Shown here one piece after another: positions 1-10,086 of a DNA stretch of 64,000 nucleotides; within the stretch, counting starts at the first letter, position 1; the number at the start of each line of letters is the position of its first letter. A program made the translations under genes and the position numbers. The notes beneath the pieces are model-generated. The model saw nothing but the letters and a program-made list of their open reading frames with translations. It had not been told where the DNA came from and ran no database searches. Location: positions 1 through 64,000 of the IMG/VR virus record IMGVR_UViG_3300017991_005548. One strand, 5' to 3'.

Positions 1-3000
1 ATAATTTTCAGAAGAGCTACTGGATTCGCTTTTTGAGCTTGAAGATTCTGACTGAGATGAAGAACTTTCAGAATAATTTTCAGAAGAACTACTGGATTCG
101 CTTTGCGAACTTTCTGATTGAGACGACTCACTCTGAGATGATTCTGATTGAGAACTACTTGACTCAGAATAATTTTCTGATGAACTCGAACTTCTTGAGC
201 TTTCGCTTTGCGAACTATCTGATTGTGATGAGCTTGACTCAGATTGAGATGAAGAACTCTCAGACTGAGAACTTATACTCTCTGTAAAAAGCGCACACTC
301 TTCATATACATAATTAATGTTCTCAGTTGAACTACTAGACGATTCTGATTGACTACTACTTGACTCCGATTGAGAACTACTCGACTCCGATTGAGAACTA
401 CTTGATTCTGATTGAGATGAAGAACTCTCAGAATAGTTTTCTGAAGAACTTGACGATTCAGATTGGCTACTGCTTGATTCACTCTGAGATGAAGACGATT
501 CAGATTGAGACGATTCACTCTGAGATGAGGATGATTCAGATTTGGAACTACTTGATTCTGATTGAGATGATTCACTCTGAGATGACTCTGATTTACTGCT
601 ACTTGATTCACTTTCAGATTGAGAACTCTCGGACAAAGATGAACTTGACTCGCTTTGAGAACTTTCACTCTGAGAGCTACTGGACTCGCTTTGAGATGAG
701 CTTGATTCAGACTGAGAACTTTCAGATTGAGAACTAGAGCTTTCTGATTGGCTACTGGAACTTTCAGATTGAGATGAACTCGATTCAGATTGAGATGATT
801 CACTTTGGCTACTTTCGCTTTGTGAACTGCTTGATTCTGATTGACTACTTGAACTCTCTGATTGAGATGACTCACTCTGAGAACTAATACTCTCGGTAAA
901 TAAATCACAAAGTGCGTACTCAAAATTAACATTCTCAGTTGAACTACTTGAACTTTCACTTTTTGAACTAGAGCTTTCGGAGACTGAGCTTTCGGAGACT
1001 GAGCTTTCAGAATAATTCTCAGAACTTGTACTTGACGATTCTGAATAATTTTCACTTGAAGTCGATGAACTTTCAGAACTCGCAGAATAAACTTCGCTTG
1101 AAGTCGATGAACTTGAATCCTTGGAAGAACTTGAACTTGAATCCTTGGAAGAACTTGAAGAACTTACAGGACAAACTCCAGGTTCTAGTGTTGGAGCAGG
1201 AGGAGTCCCAGAAATTACAAACCATTCCAATGAACTCGGTGACACCCATGGTTCTGTTGAGGCCGTATTATATGCAGAAGTACCTCCTAGAACATCAGAC
1301 ATTACCCATTTACTTGAATCTGAGAAATATAAGAACCTAGATCCGTTGTAATAATATGTTGTATCATTATGTACTCCAGCTATCTGGTAATTTCCATTAA
1401 ATGATATGTCTCCAGCAAGCTCAACACAAATAGTTCCTGGCAGATTCCCACTAGAAATTGAAGAACTTGAAGAAAACTGCTCTGAACTACTTGAACTTCC
1501 TGATGACTCAGAACTATTTGAATATTGTTCTGATGAACTACTTGATTCAGATTTGGAACTAGACGATTCTGATTGAGATGAGGAACTTTCTGACTGGGAT
1601 GATTCTGACTGTGAAGACTCGCTCTGAGAACTGCTGGATTCACTTTGGCTACTAGAACTTTCACTCTGGGAACTGCTAGATTCTGATTGGCTACTGTCAG
1701 ACTGGGAGCTTTCGCTTTGAGAACTTTCAGATTGCGAACTAGAAGATTCACTGTCACTCTGGGACGAATCGCTCTTTGAACTACTAGATTCGCTTTGAGA
1801 TGATTCGCTTTGAGATGATTCGCTTTGAGATGATTCAGATTGGGAACTCTCACTTTGACTAGATGATGATTCAGATTTACTACTGCTTGATTCAGACTGG
1901 GAACTTTCTGACTGACTGCTACTCGATTCACTCTGAGAGGAGGAACTTTCTGACTGAGAACTCTCGGATTGAGACGACTGAGAAGATTCTGATTGAGAGC
2001 TTGAGCTTTCTGACTGGGAGCTATCACTTTGGCTACTGCTACTCTCTGACTGAGAAGATTCAGATTGTGAACTACTTGATTCAGATTGTGAACTACTTGA
2101 TTCAGATTGTGAACTGCTACTCTCTGACTGAGATGATGAGCTTTCTGATTGAGAACTTTCAGATTTACTACTGCTCGATTCACTTTGGGAAGACTCAGAT
2201 TTGGATGATTCAGATTGGGATGATGAACTCTCTGATTTTGAACTACTGGATTCGGATTGAGACGATTCACTCTTACTACTACTGGACTCGCTTTGAGAGC
2301 TTTCGGATTGAGACGAAGAACTTTCAGACTGCGATGATGAACTCTCGGATTGAGATGACTCAGATTGGGAACTCTCAGATTGTGAGCTAGAAGACTCGCT
2401 ATCACTCTGGGACGACTCAGATTGGGAACTGCTAGACTCAGACTTACTACTCTCAGATTGAGACGATTCTGACTGTGAACTTTCACTTTGAGAACTACTT
2501 GATTCACTTTGAGAGGATGAACTCTCGGACTGACTACTCTCACTCTTTGAACTACTTGACTCTGATTGGGACGACTCACTCTTTGAACTACTTGACTCTG
2601 ATTGGGACGACTCACTCTGAGACGATTCCGACTGTGAACTTTCACTTTGAGAACTGCTTGATTCTGATTGAGAACTTTCGGACTGACTACTTTCACTCTT
2701 TGAACTACTTGATTCACTCTGAGATGATTCACTCTGAGATGATTCACTCTGAGATGATTCACTCTGAGAGCTACTTGATTCCGATTGAGAACTCTCACTT
2801 TGAGAACTTTCAGAATGCGCCAAACTTGAAGTTGATGAACTTGAATCCTTGGAAGAACTTGAACTTGAATCCTTGGAAGAACTCGAAGAGCTTACAGGAC
2901 AAATTCCGTTCTCTGTTACTGGGGCTGGAGGAGTTCCATTATCAACAAACCAAGACAAATACCCAGGACCAATCCAAGGGGGAACTAAGTTTGTACTATA

Positions 3001-3798
3001 CGCAGATACCCCTCCAAGAGTCGTTGACAATGTCCATCTACTAAGATTCGAATAAAATAGAAATCTTGATCCACTGGAATAATAAACTGTCTCATTGTAA
3101 ATGCCAACAGCACTGTAAGTAGCATTATAAGAAGTATCTCCAGCATGTTCCACACAAACATCATCTATCAAACCGCCACTAGAAATTGAAGAACTTGAAG
3201 AAAACTGCTCTGAACTACTTGATTCAGATTGAGATGAGGAGCTTTCACTATATAGTTGAGATGAGGAGCTACTTTCACTTGACTCACTTGAGATACTTCT
3301 GGAACTATCGGAATAATTCTCTGATGAACTTGACTCGCTTGAGATACTACTTGAACTCTCAGATGATCCAGAGCTAACACTATATTGTTCTGAACTACTT
3401 GAGCTACTTTCACTAGAGCTACTATCACATAAAGTTGGGAGACGAACAATAGTTATTGAAGGCCAAACGCCTGTTGTAGTTTGAGCATCAATAAATGTTT
3501 GAACCTGTGGTATTGTTGGGTCAGGAGTTATGATATCTGTGAACACCCAAGCATATTCACAACGAACATCATTAATTGATCTGTCAACATTGCCATCAAA
3601 ATCAGCATCAGGTATCTCAGGAAGTCTAGCAACAGTTATCGATGGCCAAACGCCTGTTGCTGTTTGAGCATCAACAAAATCTTGAACCTGAGCTATACTT
3701 GGGTTAGGAGTAAATTGATCTACAAAAACCCAAGCATAATAAATACGAACATCATTTATAGTGATGTCTTTGTCATTGTCGAAATCTGCACAACCCAT
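1..3798 (-). CDS. Giant Ser-rich modular protein (>1266 aa, runs off the window start) with N-terminal tandem dockerin-like repeats; not in the ORF track
   Basis: ATG at 3798-3796 after AGGAAAATAAA gives MGCADFDNDKDITINDVRIYYAW...DADFDGNVDRSINDVRCEYAW..., paralogous to the N-terminus of 3810..7037. The same frame reads SESSQ-type repeats down to position 1 (...SESSSSSENY). It holds two copies of a ~90 aa Cys-bounded domain (~2895-3170, ~1165-1445) and two STENxNxxYxxCxxFTESISSQ motifs (~270-330, ~880-940). Frame spot-checked, not translated end to end. Confidence 0.85.
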   Translation of the reverse strand, partial: MGCADFDNDKDITINDVRIYYAWVFVDQFTPNPSIAQVQDFVDAQTATGVWPSITVARLPEIPDADFDGNVDRSINDVRCEYAWVFTDIITPDPTIPQVQTFIDAQTTTGVWPSITIVRLPTLCDSSSSESSSSSSEQYSVSSGSSESSSSISSESSSSENYSDSSRSISSESSESSSSSQLYSESSSSQSESSSSEQFSSSSSISSGGLIDDVCVEHAGDTSYNATYSAVGIYNETVYYSSGSRFLFYSNLSRWTLSTTLGGVSAYSTNLVPPWIGPGYLSWFVDNGTPPAPVTENGICPVSSSSSSKDSSSSSSKDSSSSTSSLAHSESSQSESSQSESSSSQSESSQSESSQSESSQSESSSSKSESSQSESSQSESSSSQSESSQSESSQSESSQSESSSSKSESSQSESSSSKSESSQSESSSSQSESSSSQSESSQSESSQSESSKSESSSSQSESSQSDSESSSSQSESSQSESSQSESSSSQSESSSSQSESSQSESSSSKSESSQSESSSSKSESSSSQSESSKSESSQSESSSSKSESSQSESSSSQSESSSSQSESSSSQSESSSSQSESSQSESSSSQSDSSQSESSSSQSESSQSSQSESSQSESSSSQSESSSSQSESSQSESSSSKSESSSSQSESSQSESSQSESSQSESSQSESSSSKSDSSQSDSESSSSQSESSQSESSQSDSSQSESSSSQSESSSSQSESSSSQSESSQSESSQSESSSSQSESSSSKSESSSSSEQYSNSSESSGSSSSSEQFSSSSSISSGNLPGTICVELAGDISFNGNYQIAGVHNDTTYYYNGSRFLYFSDSSKWVMSDVLGGTSAYNTASTEPWVSPSSLEWFVISGTPPAPTLEPGVCPVSSSSSSKDSSSSSSKDSSSSTSSEVYSASSESSSTSSENYSESSSTSSENYSESSVSESSVSESSSSKSESSSSSTENVNFEYALCDLFTESISSQSESSQSESSSSQSESSSSQSESSQSESSQSESSSSQSESSSSQSESSSSQSESSQSESSSSQSESSSSQSESSQSESSSSLSESSQSESESSSSKSESSQSESSQSESSSSKSESSSSQSESSQSESSSSQSESSSSQSESSSSSENYSESSSSQSESSSSQSESSSSQSESSSSQSESSSSSTENINYVYEECALFTESISSQSESSSSQSESSSSQSDSSQSESSRSSSSSENYSESSSSQSESSQSESSQSESSQSESSSSSENYSESSSSQSESSSSKSESSSSSENY

Positions 3799-3809
3799 TT
3801 TATTTTCCT

Positions 3810-6800
3810 TTAACTACTCGAACTTGATGAAAACAAGTTCGAACTTGATGACGACACATTATTGAATGACTCTGAGCTAGAACTCTTAACCATCGCGTTT
3901 GTGCAATCAAACTCAATATCTTCAAAACTTTCAATCTGGAAGAAATTAATAATCGTATAAGTATGATATCCTGGGACCGTCCCTCCCAAATAAGAACCTG
4001 TAAAATTCGTTGGACCACCTTGATTAACAAGTGTCATTCTTGCTGTGATACTAGGATTCTCTACAGGGTCTATCCTATTAATTGGTATATGCACTGCCGC
4101 TACCGTCTTGACAGGACTTATATCATAATTATAATTGTATGTGAAACTATCTCCCCCATTAAATGACACGCTATCAGAAGCTATCTCCTCAGTTTCAGAT
4201 CCTGGCTCCAAATAAGTAAGAAGAACGGATAGTTGTTTCAAACATTGTGCGTCAAGTGAACTCGATGAACTATCATCAGAATATCCCTCGGACGAACTCT
4301 CTGAATAACTCGATGAACTCTCTGAATATTGCTCAGATGAAGAACTAGAGCTACTTGAATCACTTGAATTGCTCTGAGACGATTCAGATTGAGAACTCTC
4401 TGATTGTGATGACTCAGATTGAGAACTGCTGGACTCACTTTGGGAACTTTCAGATTGAGAACTATCACTCTGAGAACTGCTGGATTCAGATTGAGAACTC
4501 TCAGATTGAGAACTGGAAGACTCAGACTTAGAGGAAGAAGACTCACTCTCGGAACTTGAACTTTCTGAATATTGTTCAGAACTTGAACTTGACTCAGAAC
4601 TAACGGAACTAACAGAATATCCTCCAGATGACGATGAACTAGATGAGTCAATACTTGAGCTACTTGAGCTACTTGAACTACTGCTGTAATTAGCATTCGC
4701 ACATTCTTCACAATTGTTATAAATACTGTCAATGTTATGAGTAATTGGCTTGTCTACCAAACCAACTCTTTGGTAACAGACTCCATTTACGCTGATAAAT
4801 TCTGCTTCGGTATATGGAACAACTATATTTCCGTTCCATTCATCGATATCGAGTGCCGTAACAACGTCTTCTATTGGACATCCAAGACCATACAATCCAC
4901 TAGATGGTCCTGCAAAATTCAATCCTACAATCTTTAATTCTCCACCGACTTCAATCAATACAGTAGAACCTGAATCTCCTCCCTGCCCCATTCTTGTATC
5001 AGCACTATATAATATTTGGTCAGTAAAATATGCCTGTAAATTGGTTCCAGACCCATCTCCATAATTGACTGTTGCCGCAGTAAACTTCTGGGTCAATGTT
5101 GCAAAAGGAGGTGGAGTAATTCCTGTTGTTCTGCCACTCTTGTAAACTTGGTCCCCAATATTGTATTCAGATTTATTGGAAAATGCGAAAGGACCATGTC
5201 CAACTTCAAGGATATTAGTAGCCGCATCGTCAACATCAACTGAGAAAATCGCACAGTCTACTGAATTACTAGCAACTCCGCTTCCTCCGAACTTCATAGC
5301 TACGGCTCTTTTCACCTGACCCGCTCTATCAGTAGGAGAGACACCTCCATCATTTGGAGATGGCTGTAACATCCACAAACCAGTTGTATCGGTACTACCC
5401 TCTTCTCCAAGGAAGGCTTCCTCATAAACATGAGGGTCACTGTGGTTACTTGATATGTTCGAAAAGCTAAACTCTCCTCCACTGTAAATGACTGTAACAC
5501 TATGAGTATGAGGATTCGTAGTATCTGGATCGCCACCTGACAACAACGATCCTCCAGATGAAACAACAACACTAGAAGATATCCCATCTATCAAATTCCC
5601 AGCCTGTTGCCCAGTTATTGTAACTAAATGATAATGGCTATATCCCCAAGATTCCCCTGTACTGAAATCAAGGAAAAAATAAGTTGTTGAATAAGGAGTT
5701 CTATAATCAGGATCATATTTCAGGCCAGCACAGTGATTATTAGTAAGTGCGACCAATGAATCGTCTGTAGTATCTTTTACAATAGCTCCAAGAGTACATG
5801 CTGTTCCACTTTCCTCTATGGCACTAATTCCTCCTTGAAGTGGTCTGTACTTTTCATCATGAGGAGGACATCCGCCACCAGCACCATCTTTACAACTTCC
5901 ATGAGCGAACAGTTTCTCAACTACAATAATATCTGTTTTGGTGTTAGTTGACAAACGCTCTGGAATAAGATCATTTTCGTCTAGCTCAGAAATATCAACT
6001 TTTCTCTCTACACCGACAACTACGCATGGTTCTCCAGTATCTACACCATCAACAATCTTAGTTCCTGCCATGGCCATAACAACATTAGCTTTTGGCGCTA
6101 TTTCAGCAACATACAATTCATTGGCATCTCTTTCTTCCTGACTATCATATTCAGGAGATCTTGGGACGGCTCTTGCCGTAGCTTGACTGAAACTCCTTGG
6201 ATTAGAGCACATTGTAAATTCAATATTACCATAGCTTGAAGAACTTGAAGAACTTGAAGAGTCTATCGATGAACTAGAACTGGAAGATTCTGAACTTTCA
6301 GATTGTGAACTTTCGGAATAACCTTCAGAAGAAGAACTAGAAGATTCTGAACTCAAACTCTGAGATGATTCAGAATATTGTTCAGAAGAAGAACTAGACT
6401 TACTTGAATCAGATTGTGAACTGTCAGAATAATTTTCGGAACTTGAGCTAGATTCGCTTGAAACGCTTTGTGAACTGTTAGATTGTGAACTGTCAGAGTA
6501 GCCTTGGCTAGACTTACTTGAATCAGACAATGAACTGTCAGATTGTGAACTGTCAGAATACTCTTCAGACGAACTTGACGAACTTGGAGAACTATCCGAA
6601 CTGACAGAACTTACAGAGTACTCTTCAGAAGAAGAACTTGAACTACTGTGACTAGAACTACTTTCACACAGAGTTGGAAGACGAACAATAGTTATTGAAG
6701 GCCAAACACCTGTTGCTGTCTGAGCATCAATAAACGCCTGAACTTGCGGTATTGTTGGATCAGGAAATGTAAGGTCTGTGAACACCCATGCAAAATAACA

Positions 6801-7037
6801 ACGGACATCATTGATTGTCCTACTTCCATTACCATCAAAATCAGCATCAGGGATTTCAGGAAGTATATCTGCGGTTATTGATGGCCAAACACCTGAAGCT
6901 GTTTGAGCGTCAATGAAATCTTGAACTTGGGATAATGTTGGATTTGGAAAATATCTATCCATGAAAACCCAAGCATAATAAACGCGAACGTCATTTATAT
7001 TCAAGTCAAAATTATGTTCGAAATCTGCACAACCCAT
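3810..7037 (-). CDS. Ser-rich modular protein: dockerin-like repeats, S1 (trypsin/Nal1-like) serine protease, Cys module, C-terminal Cys-bounded domain
   Basis: Catalytic triad motifs ALTNNHCA, VDCAIF, GQGGDSGS; prodomain-like segment GEPCVVVGVERKV...IP...TDIIVV; N-terminal DFEHNFDLNIND / DFDGNGSRTIND Ca-loop-like pair; poly-Ser linkers. Confidence 0.8.
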   Translation of the reverse strand: MGCADFEHNFDLNINDVRVYYAWVFMDRYFPNPTLSQVQDFIDAQTASGVWPSITADILPEIPDADFDGNGSRTINDVRCYFAWVFTDLTFPDPTIPQVQAFIDAQTATGVWPSITIVRLPTLCESSSSHSSSSSSSEEYSVSSVSSDSSPSSSSSSEEYSDSSQSDSSLSDSSKSSQGYSDSSQSNSSQSVSSESSSSSENYSDSSQSDSSKSSSSSEQYSESSQSLSSESSSSSSEGYSESSQSESSESSSSSSSIDSSSSSSSSSYGNIEFTMCSNPRSFSQATARAVPRSPEYDSQEERDANELYVAEIAPKANVVMAMAGTKIVDGVDTGEPCVVVGVERKVDISELDENDLIPERLSTNTKTDIIVVEKLFAHGSCKDGAGGGCPPHDEKYRPLQGGISAIEESGTACTLGAIVKDTTDDSLVALTNNHCAGLKYDPDYRTPYSTTYFFLDFSTGESWGYSHYHLVTITGQQAGNLIDGISSSVVVSSGGSLLSGGDPDTTNPHTHSVTVIYSGGEFSFSNISSNHSDPHVYEEAFLGEEGSTDTTGLWMLQPSPNDGGVSPTDRAGQVKRAVAMKFGGSGVASNSVDCAIFSVDVDDAATNILEVGHGPFAFSNKSEYNIGDQVYKSGRTTGITPPPFATLTQKFTAATVNYGDGSGTNLQAYFTDQILYSADTRMGQGGDSGSTVLIEVGGELKIVGLNFAGPSSGLYGLGCPIEDVVTALDIDEWNGNIVVPYTEAEFISVNGVCYQRVGLVDKPITHNIDSIYNNCEECANANYSSSSSSSSSSSIDSSSSSSSGGYSVSSVSSESSSSSEQYSESSSSESESSSSKSESSSSQSESSQSESSSSQSDSSQSESSQSESSSSQSESSQSESSQSESSQSNSSDSSSSSSSSEQYSESSSSYSESSSEGYSDDSSSSSLDAQCLKQLSVLLTYLEPGSETEEIASDSVSFNGGDSFTYNYNYDISPVKTVAAVHIPINRIDPVENPSITARMTLVNQGGPTNFTGSYLGGTVPGYHTYTIINFFQIESFEDIEFDCTNAMVKSSSSESFNNVSSSSSNLFSSSSSS

Positions 7038-7051
7038 TTTGTATTTTCCCT

Positions 7052-8578
7052 TTAGTTACTTGAAGTCGATGATGAAGACTCATTATTAAACGATTCTGAG
7101 CTAGAACTCTTTACCATAGCATTTGTGCAATAGAACCTAACTGAATTGAATTCCTCTATAAAATCAAAATTAACAAGCGAATACCTAGCATCATCCCCCG
7201 ATGATAAGAAATCAAGATATGAAGCAACATATGTTGTTTCAAACGTACTGTTCCTTCTAGTCATTCTAGTTGTTATTCCTAAATTCTGAGATGTATCTAA
7301 CCTGTTCTTATTAATAACAAATGATACAACTGTTTGTGTTGATGGGATGACTGCGGAATCAAAATTATAAGTAAAATAGCCATTCCCATTATAATCTACA
7401 CTATTAGATGTGAATGTATCTGAACCACCCTCAATATATTCTACTTCAATAGTTAATGGCTTGAGACATTCTGTGTCATCCAAAGAACTTGAACTACTTG
7501 ATGACTCACTGTAGTTCTCTGAGCTAGTTGAAGAACTAGACTCTGAATCTAAAATAACAGCAGAACTGGACGAACTATTAGACTGGGAACTTTCGCTTGC
7601 AGAAGATTCGCTTTGAGAAGAACTTGATTCGGACTTAGACGAACTTGACTCAGATTCCGAACTACTTGACTCAGATTCCGAACTACTAGATTCACTCTCT
7701 GAACTACTTGACTCTGAACTCTCCGACTGAGAGCTTGAACTTTGCGAACTTTCAGACTGTGATGATTCAGACTTGGAACTTTCAGACTGTGATGATTCAG
7801 ACTGTGATGACTCTGACTGTGAACTTTCAGATTGACTACTTGAACTCTCTGATTGTGAACTTTCGCTTTGAGAACTCTCACTTGCAGAACTTTCAGACTC
7901 AGAACTTTCAGACTCACTTGCAGAACTTTCAGACTCAGAACTTGAGGATTCAGAATAGTCTTCAGAAGAGGATGAAGATTCGCTTTCTGAACTACTTGAT
8001 TCTGAGGCCGAAGATTCGCTTTCTGAACTACTTGATTCGCTATTGCCCTCAGATGATGTACTTGAACTTGAGTCTAAAGAGGAGCTTGAACTTGATGTAG
8101 TTGAAGAACTTGATGAAGATACGTTATTAAAACTCTCTGAAGAACTAGACTCATCTGATATCAACTCTTCACTCGAACTTGAAGAACTTGAATCATAAAC
8201 AACAATATAACCAGTTTCTTGTTCCCCAGAAGTAGGATCTCTTAACGGAATCCATTCGTTGTCAAATAAATTCGTTGTTACAGTTCTATATTTGGGTACA
8301 TACCTTTTGATTGGTGGGTTGGGCTTTGTGATGAAAGGATCAGCATCTCCAACCTGAATTCTCACGATTTCTATGATATACCAAGCAGGAGAAAAACAAT
8401 ATCCACCATACTCATAATGGAATATCAAAATGTAAACTTTAGGAGTAACTTCGCCCGTAACGATGTCTGTGTCTTTCTTGATGTAGAACGGCTGGCCATC
8501 ATGAGTTCCTCTTAACTCATAAATACCATTAGCGTTTTCATCGCCAAAATCAATAGCGATTAGCTGGGGGAAAGACAT
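7052..8578 (-). CDS. Ser-rich modular protein sharing its C-terminal domain with 3810..7037
   Basis: CLKPL...FTYN...NRLD...ITTRMT...CTNAMVKSSSSESFNN aligns with CLKQL...FTYN...NRID...ITARMT...CTNAMVKSSSSESFNN; SD GGAG upstream. Confidence 0.8.
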   Translation of the reverse strand: MSFPQLIAIDFGDENANGIYELRGTHDGQPFYIKKDTDIVTGEVTPKVYILIFHYEYGGYCFSPAWYIIEIVRIQVGDADPFITKPNPPIKRYVPKYRTVTTNLFDNEWIPLRDPTSGEQETGYIVVYDSSSSSSSEELISDESSSSESFNNVSSSSSSTTSSSSSSLDSSSSTSSEGNSESSSSESESSASESSSSESESSSSSEDYSESSSSESESSASESESSESESSASESSQSESSQSESSSSQSESSQSESSQSESSQSESSKSESSQSESSQSSSSQSESSESSSSESESSSSESESSSSESESSSSKSESSSSQSESSASESSQSNSSSSSAVILDSESSSSTSSENYSESSSSSSSLDDTECLKPLTIEVEYIEGGSDTFTSNSVDYNGNGYFTYNFDSAVIPSTQTVVSFVINKNRLDTSQNLGITTRMTRRNSTFETTYVASYLDFLSSGDDARYSLVNFDFIEEFNSVRFYCTNAMVKSSSSESFNNESSSSTSSN

Positions 8579-8731
8579 GTTATTATCTCCAAAATCATAT
8601 GCAACAATTATTTAACAGATTAATTTTTAGAATGTTTTTTACAATCCTCTGACTATAATTGATATTCACGTTCTTAATAAATTCGCGTTTTGTCAACAAG
8701 AAACCTTTTCCAAAAGCAAAAAACTACTAAA

Positions 8732-9535
8732 TTACTCCTCATTAAAGAAGTCTGACTTAATAACTTTCATAATCCCTGTGTAACGAGACATGTTTTCGCG
8801 ATAATTATATGTTGATCGATTACTTAAAATTGCCCAGTTCTGAACCGTATCTATACTCCACTTATTTAAACAAGGAATAATAGGACCAGTGGCAATCGCA
8901 ATAACATACTTGACTTTCGTGGAGATATTACCAATTTGCATTAAATTTAAACCGTAATCCAAAGTACATGGGGCGGCACCACTATCAAGATGTCTTGTTA
9001 CTATGATCTTATAACGATCTTTTAGTCTATCTACAAAAGTATCAAAAGTACTGGCTGGTTTCTTGTATTGACCACTACATGCCCTTGAGTTGACCAACAA
9101 TATGTCGAAATCTTCTGGGATATCTTTATGCGCTCTTTCTAAAATCGATGGGTTGTTCATCAATATATCATCAACCTTAGTAAAAGGACAGTGAACTCCA
9201 ATTTCCTTTGACAACAATTGAAAATAGTCAAGGTAAATTTCATTCAAACAAAAAGCACCCTTATATCTCTTTCGTTTGAATGGTATACTCGCATACCAGG
9301 TGTTAACAGTTTTGTTCCCTGTTGATTTTTCATACCGTCTTCTTGCTTGCATTGTCCCCAGTTTAATGCGATCTTCCAAACCAACAATATGTGACTGAAG
9401 TTCTTTCTTGTACTTTTTCATTACATAGAAAATACAATTTACATCATCATTCTGAATGCAAAGGTTTCTCATGTAATGAATCTGATAGACACAATCTCCT
9501 AAATGACGACCATTATGGAAATAAATCTCTCTCAT
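8732..9535 (-). CDS. Putative glycosyltransferase (GT-B, GT9-like)
   Basis: N-terminal HLGD and C-terminal VIAIATGP segments resemble GT9 motifs. Confidence 0.45.
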   Translation of the reverse strand: MREIYFHNGRHLGDCVYQIHYMRNLCIQNDDVNCIFYVMKKYKKELQSHIVGLEDRIKLGTMQARRRYEKSTGNKTVNTWYASIPFKRKRYKGAFCLNEIYLDYFQLLSKEIGVHCPFTKVDDILMNNPSILERAHKDIPEDFDILLVNSRACSGQYKKPASTFDTFVDRLKDRYKIIVTRHLDSGAAPCTLDYGLNLMQIGNISTKVKYVIAIATGPIIPCLNKWSIDTVQNWAILSNRSTYNYRENMSRYTGIMKVIKSDFFNEE

Positions 9536-9537
9536 TT

Positions 9538-9858
9538 TTAGTAAGGCTCTTCAGGTGGAGCAGGAAAATCGTCTGTGTCTAATTCTTCAATTGATGGGTT
9601 AAATGCATTAAGAAATGCTTGTCTTTGCTCCAATGGAACATTTAAAAAATCCATACGTTCATCTGGAATCTTTAAAACAGCCCAACGGCCATCAATCATT
9701 TCTTTTGGGGCATCAGCCCATTTAGTTGTTGCCTGCGATTCTGGAGCAGGCTTTCCATTCTTATTTCCTATTACTGGGAATTGTGGAGAATTATTCAAAG
9801 CGTTTAAAGCCGCAATTGCAACATTCTCATCATCCCATACATAATAAAGCATTCCCAT
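9538..9858 (-). CDS. Hypothetical protein
   Basis: 106 aa ORF with AAGGAG SD. Confidence 0.7.
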   Translation of the reverse strand: MGMLYYVWDDENVAIAALNALNNSPQFPVIGNKNGKPAPESQATTKWADAPKEMIDGRWAVLKIPDERMDFLNVPLEQRQAFLNAFNPSIEELDTDDFPAPPEEPY

Positions 9859-9915
9859 TTTTTCTCTCCTTTAGAGTTTTGTTATTAATTCAAAAATCAG
9901 GAAGGGAATACCTAC

Positions 9916-9942
9916 AAAAAAGCCCCCAAAAAATGGGGGCTT
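9916..9942 (-). terminator. Intrinsic terminator ending the Thr/Lys tRNA operon
   Basis: AAGCCCCCA-TTTTT-TGGGGGC followed by U6 on the minus strand. Confidence 0.8.
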
Positions 9943-9996
9943 GAATTGCTATATGGGATATATTTTTAATTGGAAATATTACCCACATAGCAATAT

Positions 9997-10084
9997 TGGT
10001 GGAGCCGACAGGATTCGAACCTGCGCGGAGCTTGCGCTCTCTTGATTAAAAGTCAAGTACCTTCAGCCACTCGGTTACGACTCC
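9997..10084 (-). tRNA. tRNA-Lys(UUU) with a long variable arm (88 nt)
   Basis: GGAGTCG/CGGCTCC acceptor, CTTGA-CTTTTAA-TCAAG anticodon arm, GAGC-GCAA-GCTC variable hairpin, GCAGG-TTCGAAT-CCTGT T arm, ACCA end. Confidence 0.85.
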
Positions 10085-10086
10085 AA

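Noticed and set aside
340-2900. Tandem 15-36 nt repeats that could suggest a CRISPR array or non-coding satellite
   Set aside because: Unit lengths are multiples of 3 encoding SESSQ-type peptides; there are no unique spacers and no cas genes.
33-3449. Many track ORFs on both strands (e.g. 273..1055, 1380..2798, 1863..2390)
   Set aside because: Shadow frames of the Ser-repeat gene at 3798..<1, which has an SD, a paralogous start and coherent domains.
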